From Peptostreptococcaceae bacterium (lineage in GTDB: Bacteria > Bacillota > Clostridia > Peptostreptococcales > Acidaminobacteraceae): a stretch of DNA of 64,000 nt. Below are positions 40,154-48,326 of the stretch, in pieces. The stretch's first letter is position 1. Each line of letters opens with the position of its first letter. Below the pieces are notes generated by a model that saw nothing but the letters and a program-made list of their open reading frames with translations, had not been told where the DNA came from and ran no database searches. A program made the translations under genes and the position numbers. Where the stretch lies: positions 16,274 to 80,273 of the forward strand of contig JAMOQG010000044.1 of NCBI GenBank assembly GCA_027064135.1. Reading direction: 5' to 3'.

Positions 40154-40233
40154 AAAAAGAGTCTTATTTCTTAATGAAGTAAGACTTTTTTTAATACAAG
40201 GAAAGTGCATTCAAATCAAAAAAATGGTATAAC
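40144..40233 (+). repeat. left copy of the duplicated terminator/promoter segment (pairs with 54675-54750)
   Basis: TAGTATATA, then 7 divergent nt, then a 36-bp perfect match AGTCTTATTTCTTAATGAAGTAAGACTTTTTTTAAT (40160-40195). After a 22-nt spacer comes A7-TGGTATAAC (40218-40233). Confidence 0.85.
40160..40192 (+). terminator. rho-independent terminator (copy 1)
   Basis: 11-bp stem AGTCTTATTTC/GAAGTAAGACT (one G.U), loop TTAAT, T-run. Confidence 0.85.
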
Positions 40234-40781
40234 CTGAGTTTGACATTTTTGAAAATATTGAACAAGTTACAAGATTAGAATTTCAATACATAATAAAAAT
40301 GGAGTTGTTTGCTTATTACCAAACAAAGATTAGATGCAGGATTACCAAGATCTTTTAATGAAAAAGCAATAAATGAAATTCACGAAATAAAAACAATACA
40401 ACAATACCAAGATAGCGATAGAAAAAAGAGATGCATTTAATAAAATATAAATCACTAGAAGAAATAGAAAAAAATTTCTTCATAGAGTTAGAAGAAAAAT
40501 TAAATTGACATAAATATTATACGCAAAGTCTGAGTGAATTATTAAATGAATTCTTAATATAAATAAATGCTATATAGATTTAACTTACATATACCATTCA
40601 TAAAAAGAAGAATGACATGTATATTGATAATTGTTTGATGTAATAAAAAAACTTTAAAAAAAAGCTTTACATTGTTATATATGACATTGTGTAGTGTTAG
40701 ATACTCTGATATATTAGGTATATAAACTATTATTCTATTGCGAAGGGAGAATAACTAAGTTAGTAACTTGGTTAAAATACA

Positions 40782-41687
40782 ATGAAAATATTAAATTATG
40801 GATCATTAAATATTGATTATGTTTACAATGTCGATACTTTGGTAGAGGCAGGCACAACGAAGTCTGATAAAGGGTTTACAACAATGGCAGGAGGAAAGGG
40901 ATTGAATCAGAGTATTGCAATATCTAAAGCGGGTTTATCTGAAATTTATCATGCTGGTAATATTGGGAGAAATGGTGAATTTTTAAAACTTACTTTATTG
41001 GAACATAATGTAAAGATTGATTATATTAAGAAAAGTAATGTAGATACTGGACATGCGATAATTCAAATATCTGACGATGCAGAGCATACAATTATTGTCC
41101 ATGGCGGAAGTAATTATAATAATGAGAAAGATATTATAAATCAAGTTATAAATGAGTTTGATGAAAATGATATATTATTGATTCAAAATGAAATTAATGA
41201 TGTGGCATATATTATTGAAAAAGCTTTTGAGAAAAAGATGCGAATATTTCTCAATCCAGCTCCTTTCGATGAAAAAGTGTTTACGTATGATTTACACAAA
41301 ATTGACACGCTAATACTTAATGAACAAGAATTATATCTTTTAGTAAAGTGTAAAAACTTTGATGAGTCAATAAAATTGTTAAAAAAATATGATGTAAATA
41401 TTGTGATTACGTTAGGGGAAAAGGGTGGCAAATATTTCGCGCGTGATATGAAAGAATATTCATATCCTTGTTATGACGTTGATGTAGTAGATACAACAGC
41501 TGTAGGTGATGCATTTGTAGGTTATTTTATTGCAGGAATAGGCAGTCAAAAATCAATTAAATACATTTTAGACAGAAGTTCTAAAGCTGGAGCTTTGACA
41601 GCTACTAAGATTGGTTCTGCAATATCAATTCCTAGCAGTGAAGATGTAGATAAATTTTTAGGGGAAGTGTTTAATAATGAAAATTAA
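40782..41687 (+). CDS. PfkB-family carbohydrate kinase (divergent ribokinase-like)
   Basis: 301 aa. N-terminal ILNYGSLNID, substrate lid GGKGLNQS, C-terminal anion-hole motif VVDTTAVGDAFVG. No SD close to the ATG. Confidence 0.8.
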   Translation: MKILNYGSLNIDYVYNVDTLVEAGTTKSDKGFTTMAGGKGLNQSIAISKAGLSEIYHAGNIGRNGEFLKLTLLEHNVKIDYIKKSNVDTGHAIIQISDDAEHTIIVHGGSNYNNEKDIINQVINEFDENDILLIQNEINDVAYIIEKAFEKKMRIFLNPAPFDEKVFTYDLHKIDTLILNEQELYLLVKCKNFDESIKLLKKYDVNIVITLGEKGGKYFARDMKEYSYPCYDVDVVDTTAVGDAFVGYFIAGIGSQKSIKYILDRSSKAGALTATKIGSAISIPSSEDVDKFLGEVFNNEN

Positions 41688-42786
41688 TAGCAAACAAGCT
41701 AAAAATATTATACATAGTTTAAATGATTTAATTTATGATGATATTTATGTGTATGACAATAAAGGTTGTTTATTAGCGAGTAACAATGATGATGTTGATG
41801 AACAAATTCTTGATTTCGGGAAAATTGTATCACACAAAAAAATGATTTTAGTTGAAGATATGCATGATATCGACTTAAAAGCAATTTTATTGCCTGTTCA
41901 CATTAAAAATAATTTAGTTGCTATAATTGGTTTAGTTGGGAATTATGCAATTATTTCTCAGTATAGTGCTTTAGTTGTTAAAATTGTGGAAATTCTACTC
42001 AGCGAATCAATTTATTATCAAAGAAAAATAAGAAATGCAGAAAATAACCGATTATTTCTTAATGAATTAATTTTCGGACAGGATAATTATGAGGCTGTTT
42101 TTCTTATTGGAAATGTTATTGGAAAAGATGTAAATGAATTTAAATATATGGTTTTAATTGATGTCCATGATGAAGATAAAGCTAAAATTACTAGCGATCT
42201 AATTATTGGGAGTATTGAAAATAAGCTTTCTAAGAAAGATTTAGTAGGCGAACAAAAAGGTAATATAATTATTATGTTTGCTTTAGATGATATTGAAAAA
42301 GTTAAAAGCAAATTGGTAATAATAAGAGATTATCTTGAACAGAAGTATAAGAAAAATGTGTCTGTTGGAATATCTGATAAGATAAAAAAATATAAAGATT
42401 GTAAAAGAGCATATTACCAAGCTAAAAAAACTTTGCAATTAGGTCTAGTTAAGTATAATAAAGGTATATTTTCGTTTGCAGAATATTCGTTAGAATTATT
42501 GTTTTCAAATGTGGATGATGAATTAGTGGATAGTTTTGTTTTTGAAGTTTTTGGACGATTACCTGATAAAGAAATTTGTGAAATAGATAGATTGTTAAGA
42601 ATATATATAGATAATAACACTTCGTTAATTGCAACTAGTAAGCAATTATTTATTCATAAAAATACTCTTCAATACAGGCTGAATAAAGTTCAAGAAATTA
42701 CTGGATTTAATCCCAGAAATACAATGGAATTGTATAAACTTTTTACTGCAATTAATTTATATAGTAAAAATAAATTTAATAGTTAA
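41677..42786 (+). CDS. cdaR: CdaR/PucR-family transcriptional regulator (sugar-diacid regulator type)
   Basis: 369 aa. N-terminal diacid-recognition-like region (A..II..L.......I.V.D..G...AS). C-terminal PucR HTH (TSKQLFIHKNTLQYRLNKVQEITGFNPRN). Overlaps the upstream kinase gene by 11 nt. Confidence 0.8.
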   Translation: MKINSKQAKNIIHSLNDLIYDDIYVYDNKGCLLASNNDDVDEQILDFGKIVSHKKMILVEDMHDIDLKAILLPVHIKNNLVAIIGLVGNYAIISQYSALVVKIVEILLSESIYYQRKIRNAENNRLFLNELIFGQDNYEAVFLIGNVIGKDVNEFKYMVLIDVHDEDKAKITSDLIIGSIENKLSKKDLVGEQKGNIIIMFALDDIEKVKSKLVIIRDYLEQKYKKNVSVGISDKIKKYKDCKRAYYQAKKTLQLGLVKYNKGIFSFAEYSLELLFSNVDDELVDSFVFEVFGRLPDKEICEIDRLLRIYIDNNTSLIATSKQLFIHKNTLQYRLNKVQEITGFNPRNTMELYKLFTAINLYSKNKFNS

Positions 42787-42809
42787 GTACTGCTGAAACA
42801 AAAAAACTT

Positions 42810-42824
42810 ATGAAAACGTTGTCA
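42810..42824 (+). promoter_or_regulatory. candidate catabolite-responsive element (cre, CcpA site)
   Basis: ATGAAAACGTTGTCA satisfies every fixed position of the cre consensus WTGNAANCGNWNNCW. It lies about 115 nt upstream of rbsK. Confidence 0.45.
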
Positions 42825-42937
42825 AGTTTGGTCTGTGTAACATTGTATATGTTTATTTTTTTGATAGTATTAAGGTATAGTAAAATTACTGCAATATTGA
42901 TTTTTTAAAAAACTAATAAATAAAAGGGGAGAAACGA

Positions 42938-43813
42938 ATGAATGAAATTGTTGTAATTGGGAGTATTAATGCAGATTTAGTTTTTGTAAGTAAGACAAGA
43001 CCCAAAGCAGGCGAAACATTAATTGGAGAAGAGTTCCTCACTAACCCGGGTGGTAAAGGTGCAAATCAAGCTATAGCGGCATCAAAACTCGGATCAAAAG
43101 TTTCAATGATAGGATGTATTGGGAATGATATTTATGGTAAAGAAATGATTGAAAATTTTGAAAAATTTGGTGTTGATGCTAGTATGGTGAAGAGTGGTAG
43201 CTTATCAACAGGTGTGGCTGGAATTATAATAGATAAAGATGATAATAGTATTGTTGTAATACCAGGAGCTAATAATGAAGTTGATAGAGAATTAATTGAT
43301 AAATATAGAGACATTATTTTAAATACAAAACTTGTAGTTATGCAATTAGAAATTCCACTAGATACTGTAGAGTATATTATAAATTTATGCAGTGAAAACA
43401 ATATTAAAACAATATTAAATCCAGCTCCGGCAAGGAAATTGCCAGAAAAAATAATTGAAAACGTTACTTATATTACACCTAATGAGCACGAAGTATATGA
43501 AATATTTGAAAATCAGAATTTAGAAGATTTGTTAGCGAAATATCCAAACAAATTAATAGTGACTCAAGGTGCAGAAGGGGTAGTATTTCATGATGGCAAA
43601 AACGTTAGAAGAGTCAGTGGAATGGTAGTGGATGCTATAGATACAACTGGTGCTGGTGATACATTTAATGGAGCTTTAGCCACATGTCTTGTTAAAAACA
43701 AATCAGTTTTTGATTCGATAGTGTATGCTAATAAAGTTGCTGCAATTTCAATAACAAAATATGGCGCTCAAGGTGGGATGCCAACAATGGAAGAGGTAGA
43801 GAGGTGGAATTAA
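42938..43813 (+). CDS. rbsK: ribokinase
   Basis: 291 aa. VIGSINADLV, GGKGANQA and DTTGAGDTFNGAL canonical RbsK motifs. GGGGAGA SD. Confidence 0.88.
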   Translation: MNEIVVIGSINADLVFVSKTRPKAGETLIGEEFLTNPGGKGANQAIAASKLGSKVSMIGCIGNDIYGKEMIENFEKFGVDASMVKSGSLSTGVAGIIIDKDDNSIVVIPGANNEVDRELIDKYRDIILNTKLVVMQLEIPLDTVEYIINLCSENNIKTILNPAPARKLPEKIIENVTYITPNEHEVYEIFENQNLEDLLAKYPNKLIVTQGAEGVVFHDGKNVRRVSGMVVDAIDTTGAGDTFNGALATCLVKNKSVFDSIVYANKVAAISITKYGAQGGMPTMEEVERWN

Positions 43814-43814
43814 C

Positions 43815-44717
43815 TTGCTAAATAAAAAACAATTAAAGTATTTAAGGGAGTATGGTATTTTATATATTCTTATTCTACCAGTAATTCTTTTCTTCATTGT
43901 ATATCATATTCTTCCTATAATTGGGATGAAAATTGCATTTGAGGACTATAGAATAATTGGTGATAATATTTTTGTAGGTTTAAAACATTTTAAATATTTA
44001 TTTTCCTCGCCATCATTTAAAACAATAATAGTTAATACACTTACATTAAGTTTTATGAAAATGATTTTAATTTTTCCTATTCCAATAATGATATCATTTT
44101 TAATTAATGAAGTGAAGAATTCAAAGTTTCGCCAAGTAGTGCAAATATCTCTTTATATTCCACATTTTTTATCCTGGGTAATAATAGCAGGTGTTTGGAT
44201 ATCATTCTTATCACCTACTTATGGTGCTATAAATAATATTATAAATATTTTTGGTGGTACTGATATAGATTTTATGACTAGCAAAAGCTACATTAGATGG
44301 GTATTGGTTGCATCTGAAATGTGGAGATCGGCCGGATGGGATTCAATATTATATCTTGCGGCGATATTAAAAATTGACAAAAACCTTTATGAAGCTGCAA
44401 TGCTTGATGGGGCTTCAAAACTTCAATCTGCAATGTATGTTACATTGCCTTCTATTAAAAGTACAATTATAACAGTATTTATATTAAATTTAGGATTTTT
44501 TATGAATGCAGGATTTGATCAAGTATTCAACTTTATGAATCCGTCAGTGTTAAGTGTTATTGATATTTTAGATACTTATACATATAGAATTGGTTTGGAG
44601 ACAGGATTATACTCGGTTGCGACAGCGACAAGTGTATTCAAAGGTGTTATAGGATTTGTTCTAATACTTGGAGCAAATAAGTTAGTTAAAAAAAGTTCAG
44701 GGAAGGGGTTGTGGTAA
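43815..44717 (+). CDS. CUT1-family ABC sugar transporter permease (LplB-like)
   Basis: 300 aa, TTG start 1 nt after rbsK. 6-TM MalF/LplB-like protein with EAA loop region LYEAAMLDGAS..Q....VTLP. Confidence 0.85.
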   Translation: MLNKKQLKYLREYGILYILILPVILFFIVYHILPIIGMKIAFEDYRIIGDNIFVGLKHFKYLFSSPSFKTIIVNTLTLSFMKMILIFPIPIMISFLINEVKNSKFRQVVQISLYIPHFLSWVIIAGVWISFLSPTYGAINNIINIFGGTDIDFMTSKSYIRWVLVASEMWRSAGWDSILYLAAILKIDKNLYEAAMLDGASKLQSAMYVTLPSIKSTIITVFILNLGFFMNAGFDQVFNFMNPSVLSVIDILDTYTYRIGLETGLYSVATATSVFKGVIGFVLILGANKLVKKSSGKGLW

Positions 44718-45593
44718 ATGAAAAAAATAACATTAACCAATATAGTTGTTGGTTTTATATTAATGCTTTTTATGATTTATGCATTACAACCAATATTAAA
44801 TTTATTGGCGTTATCTTTAACACATCCTGATAGTGTACAAGAATTGACTGGTTTGGATATTTTTCCTAAGAATTTATCGTTGTTGAATTATAAATTTATA
44901 TTATCTAATCCAAGCATCGTGCGAGGTATTTTTAACAGCATTTTATATACAGCTTTAGGAGTGACATTAAGTGTATCATTTACAGTTATTACAGCATTTG
45001 TATTGACTAGAAAAAAATTAATAGGTAGAAAATTATTTATTCTTCTTACTATCTTTGTAATGGTATTTGAACCAGGAATTGTACCAGAGTATTTGGTAAT
45101 GAAAGATTTTCATCTGTTAGGTAGTATGTGGTCAATTATTTTATATAAAATGGTAAATGTATATTATTTAATAATTATGATGCGATTCTTTGAAGAAATT
45201 CCTGAATCTATTGAAGAAGCAGCATTAATAGATGGCGCAAATCCTATTCAAATGTTAGTAAAAATATTTGCACCGATGTCGAAGTCATCAATTGGAACAA
45301 TCACATTATTTTACGCAGTTTATAGATGGAATGAATATTTTAGATCTGGAATATATCTTAGTTCACAGCCGGGCAAGTGGCCGTTACAAGTAGTATTAAG
45401 ACAGTTTGTTGTATTGGATGATACACAATCAATGGTAGGTGGATTTGATGCAATGTCACAAGTATACGGTAGTGTCAACTTTGAAGCGCTTCAAGCTGCT
45501 GCGATAATCGTTGGTATGGTTCCTATTCTAATGTTATATCCAATAATTTTAAGAAACTTTACGAAAGGAACTTTTGAAGGTTCATCTAAATAA
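44718..45593 (+). CDS. CUT1-family ABC sugar transporter permease (LplC-like)
   Basis: 291 aa, abuts the previous permease. EAA loop IEEAALIDGANP.Q....I..PM. Confidence 0.85.
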   Translation: MKKITLTNIVVGFILMLFMIYALQPILNLLALSLTHPDSVQELTGLDIFPKNLSLLNYKFILSNPSIVRGIFNSILYTALGVTLSVSFTVITAFVLTRKKLIGRKLFILLTIFVMVFEPGIVPEYLVMKDFHLLGSMWSIILYKMVNVYYLIIMMRFFEEIPESIEEAALIDGANPIQMLVKIFAPMSKSSIGTITLFYAVYRWNEYFRSGIYLSSQPGKWPLQVVLRQFVVLDDTQSMVGGFDAMSQVYGSVNFEALQAAAIIVGMVPILMLYPIILRNFTKGTFEGSSK

Positions 45594-45601
45594 GTTATCT
45601 A

Positions 45602-45622
45602 AGTAATGTAACGTACATTACT
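45602..45622 (+). other. intra-operon stem-loop between permease and binding-protein genes
   Basis: AGTAATGTA-ACG-TACATTACT, a perfect 9-bp stem with no T-tail. Confidence 0.4.
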
Positions 45623-45659
45623 ATGTATAAATGTTATATATTCTTTAAGGGAGGAAAAA

Positions 45660-47138
45660 ATGAAAAAATTATTAGTTTTAATTATGGTAGTGGCAATGTT
45701 GTTTGTTGTTGCTTGTTCATCAAACGAACAGGGAGTAGCAAATGAACCTGTTAAGGAATCGAAGGCAAATAATGAAGTTGTAAAAACAGAAAGCGATGAA
45801 CCTGTTGTAATAAGGATGGCAGTGAAAGATCTAAGTCCTAGTAATGAAACACATCAAGCTTACATCCAAAGAATCGAAGAAGGATTAGCTGCAAAGGGAA
45901 CATTTGTTGACATCGATATTATTGAGATGCCACAAGGTAATTACGCTGAAAACCTTGGATTGATGTTATTAGGTGGAGATGTTCCAGATATTATTTACTT
46001 CCAAGGTGGAGACGAACAAATGGCTAATCAAGGGCTTTTAGAAGATTTGACACCATATATTAATGAATCAGAAGTTGTTAAAAATTCTTTGTTAGATTAT
46101 CAAAAGGAAAGAGTAGCAAATTATCCTTATCTACTTTGGATTAAACCTATTGCTAATAAAGTTCCAGTTGTTAGAACTGATTTCTTGAATAATATGGAAA
46201 CTTCAGAAGCTCTTCTTAATGATCCTACAATTGATAACTATTATGCTTTTTTTGAAGAAATGGCAGAAAAAAATGCTACATATGCATTTACTGCACCTGG
46301 AAAACTTTTAGAAATTGATACTATTTTTAACAATGCATTTGGTGTAACTGGACAATGGGTTGATGTAGATGGCGAATATGTATATGGAAAAGTTACAGAT
46401 ATGGAAAGAAATAAATTAGAATTTTATGCAAAATTATATGCAGATGGATTGCTTGATCCAGAATATTTAACTAAAGCATGGGATACTAAAGAGCAAGTAT
46501 TTTATTCAAATGAAGTTGGTGTAATCAGTGGTACATCAGGTAAAGTTATTGATATTTATGATGGTAACATGATTGCAGCGAACGGTGAGGATTCACATTT
46601 AACAGTTTTACCGCCTGCTAAAGGAGTTGCACAAGGTTACAACCCTATATCAGTATTAAAAGAAACAAGAGGTTTAGCTATATCTTCAATCTCAGAAAAC
46701 AAAGATCTAGCATGGGATATAATAGAATTCCTAGCATCTGATGAAGGTCAATATATTGATAGACTAGGATTTGAAGGAGAACAATATAATATTGTTGACG
46801 GAAAAATTGAATTAACAGATGCTATGAGCAATTGGTTTGCATTCTTCTTTGAAGTTCCTACTTGGAAACCAGAGATGGAAATGACTTCACCTCTTTTAGG
46901 ACCTGCTTCAATGGATTCATTAGCTATGGCAGAACAATATTATGTACCTGATACTGCTGTTACGATTCCAGTTGAATACGCACCACAGTTAGATGCGATT
47001 AGTAATTTATACAATGAATTTTCAGCAGATGTTATTACAGGAAAAATATCAATTGATGAGTGGGATAACTTTTTGAATGACTGGTATGCTCAAGGTGGAC
47101 AAGAAATCACAGATTATGTGAATTCAATATTAAAATAA
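45660..47138 (+). CDS. extracellular solute-binding lipoprotein (family 1, LplA-like, about 490 aa)
   Basis: 492 aa. Signal peptide with lipobox LFVVAC at Cys19, Ser/Asn/Glu-rich linker, large SBP body. GGGAGGA SD. Confidence 0.8.
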   Translation: MKKLLVLIMVVAMLFVVACSSNEQGVANEPVKESKANNEVVKTESDEPVVIRMAVKDLSPSNETHQAYIQRIEEGLAAKGTFVDIDIIEMPQGNYAENLGLMLLGGDVPDIIYFQGGDEQMANQGLLEDLTPYINESEVVKNSLLDYQKERVANYPYLLWIKPIANKVPVVRTDFLNNMETSEALLNDPTIDNYYAFFEEMAEKNATYAFTAPGKLLEIDTIFNNAFGVTGQWVDVDGEYVYGKVTDMERNKLEFYAKLYADGLLDPEYLTKAWDTKEQVFYSNEVGVISGTSGKVIDIYDGNMIAANGEDSHLTVLPPAKGVAQGYNPISVLKETRGLAISSISENKDLAWDIIEFLASDEGQYIDRLGFEGEQYNIVDGKIELTDAMSNWFAFFFEVPTWKPEMEMTSPLLGPASMDSLAMAEQYYVPDTAVTIPVEYAPQLDAISNLYNEFSADVITGKISIDEWDNFLNDWYAQGGQEITDYVNSILK

Positions 47139-47158
47139 TTAAATTGTGGAGGAAATAA

Positions 47159-48322
47159 ATGACTTTCAAAGATAGAGTACTAGGAATGTTTGTAGGTGTT
47201 GTATATGGGGACGCATTAGGAGCAACTATTGAAAAACTATCTTATGATCAGATAAGAGAAAAATATAATAGAGTCGAAACTTATAAAATGGATTGGCATA
47301 AAGCAAATTGGGCTCCAGAAGATAGAAAATTTAGAATTAGAGGAAATGGTATTTTTACTGATGATACTCTAATGACGATGGCTCTAATGGAAGTGTATAA
47401 CACAGAAAAAAGACATTTAGATTCTTATGATATGGCCAAGGAATTTGTAAATCAAGTATATTATGAGAAATACTACGTACCTGAATTACAACGTGTAACA
47501 AATATTCATGAAAGGTTATTTGTTCCTGAACAATTCATTTTTTTAAGACATGCATTAGCAAATTGTGAACCACGTGAAGGTGGTATTGGAAATATGGTAA
47601 ATTGTGGTGCGGCGATGTATATCGCCCCCATAGCTGCTGTAAATGCAATGAATCCCAAACGTGCATATGATGAAGCAATATCTTTCGCTCAAGGACATCA
47701 AAACAGTTATGGATTAGAAGCTGCTGGTGTTCTTTCAGCGTGTATTGCTGAAGCATTTAAAGAAAGTGCTTCAATAAAAAGTATTTTAAATGTAGCTAAA
47801 GAATATGCAAAAGATGGTACAGGATTGGCTATTGAAGATTTGTTGAATTTAGCAGAAAAGTTAAAAAGTAAAAAATACGATAAGGATTATGTAGTTAGAG
47901 AAATGCAAAAAGTTATGATTAAATATTCTCCAATGGGCGATGATGTAAATAGAAGCGCAACAAAATTAGGTAAACCTTCTAATCATTACACGCCTAGTCG
48001 GTTATTTAGTATTGAAGAGTTGCCGATTGCATTGTTTTATATTGCATTGCATGATGGTGATTTTAATGAAAGTATATTAGATGGTATAAACTCTGGTAGA
48101 GATACTGATTCAATTGGAGTGATGGTTGGTGCTATTTTAGGAGCTATGAAAGGTTCTAGTATTGTGCCGGAAGTTATTATTGAAGATATTGAAAAAGTGA
48201 ATCAGTATGAACTAAGAAAAATTTCAGAGAAATTTTCAGATACTGCAGAAGAAATAATTTTAAATGATATTAAGTCTGAAATGAAATGGATTGAAAATAT
48301 AAATCAATTATTGGGAGAGTAA
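47159..48322 (+). CDS. ADP-ribosylglycohydrolase (DraG/ARH) family protein 1
   Basis: 387 aa. N-terminal DR.LG...G...GDALGA..E, FTDDTLMT and C-terminal GRDTDSIGVMVGAILGA metal-site motifs. Confidence 0.8.
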   Translation: MTFKDRVLGMFVGVVYGDALGATIEKLSYDQIREKYNRVETYKMDWHKANWAPEDRKFRIRGNGIFTDDTLMTMALMEVYNTEKRHLDSYDMAKEFVNQVYYEKYYVPELQRVTNIHERLFVPEQFIFLRHALANCEPREGGIGNMVNCGAAMYIAPIAAVNAMNPKRAYDEAISFAQGHQNSYGLEAAGVLSACIAEAFKESASIKSILNVAKEYAKDGTGLAIEDLLNLAEKLKSKKYDKDYVVREMQKVMIKYSPMGDDVNRSATKLGKPSNHYTPSRLFSIEELPIALFYIALHDGDFNESILDGINSGRDTDSIGVMVGAILGAMKGSSIVPEVIIEDIEKVNQYELRKISEKFSDTAEEIILNDIKSEMKWIENINQLLGE

Positions 48323-48326
48323 TAAT

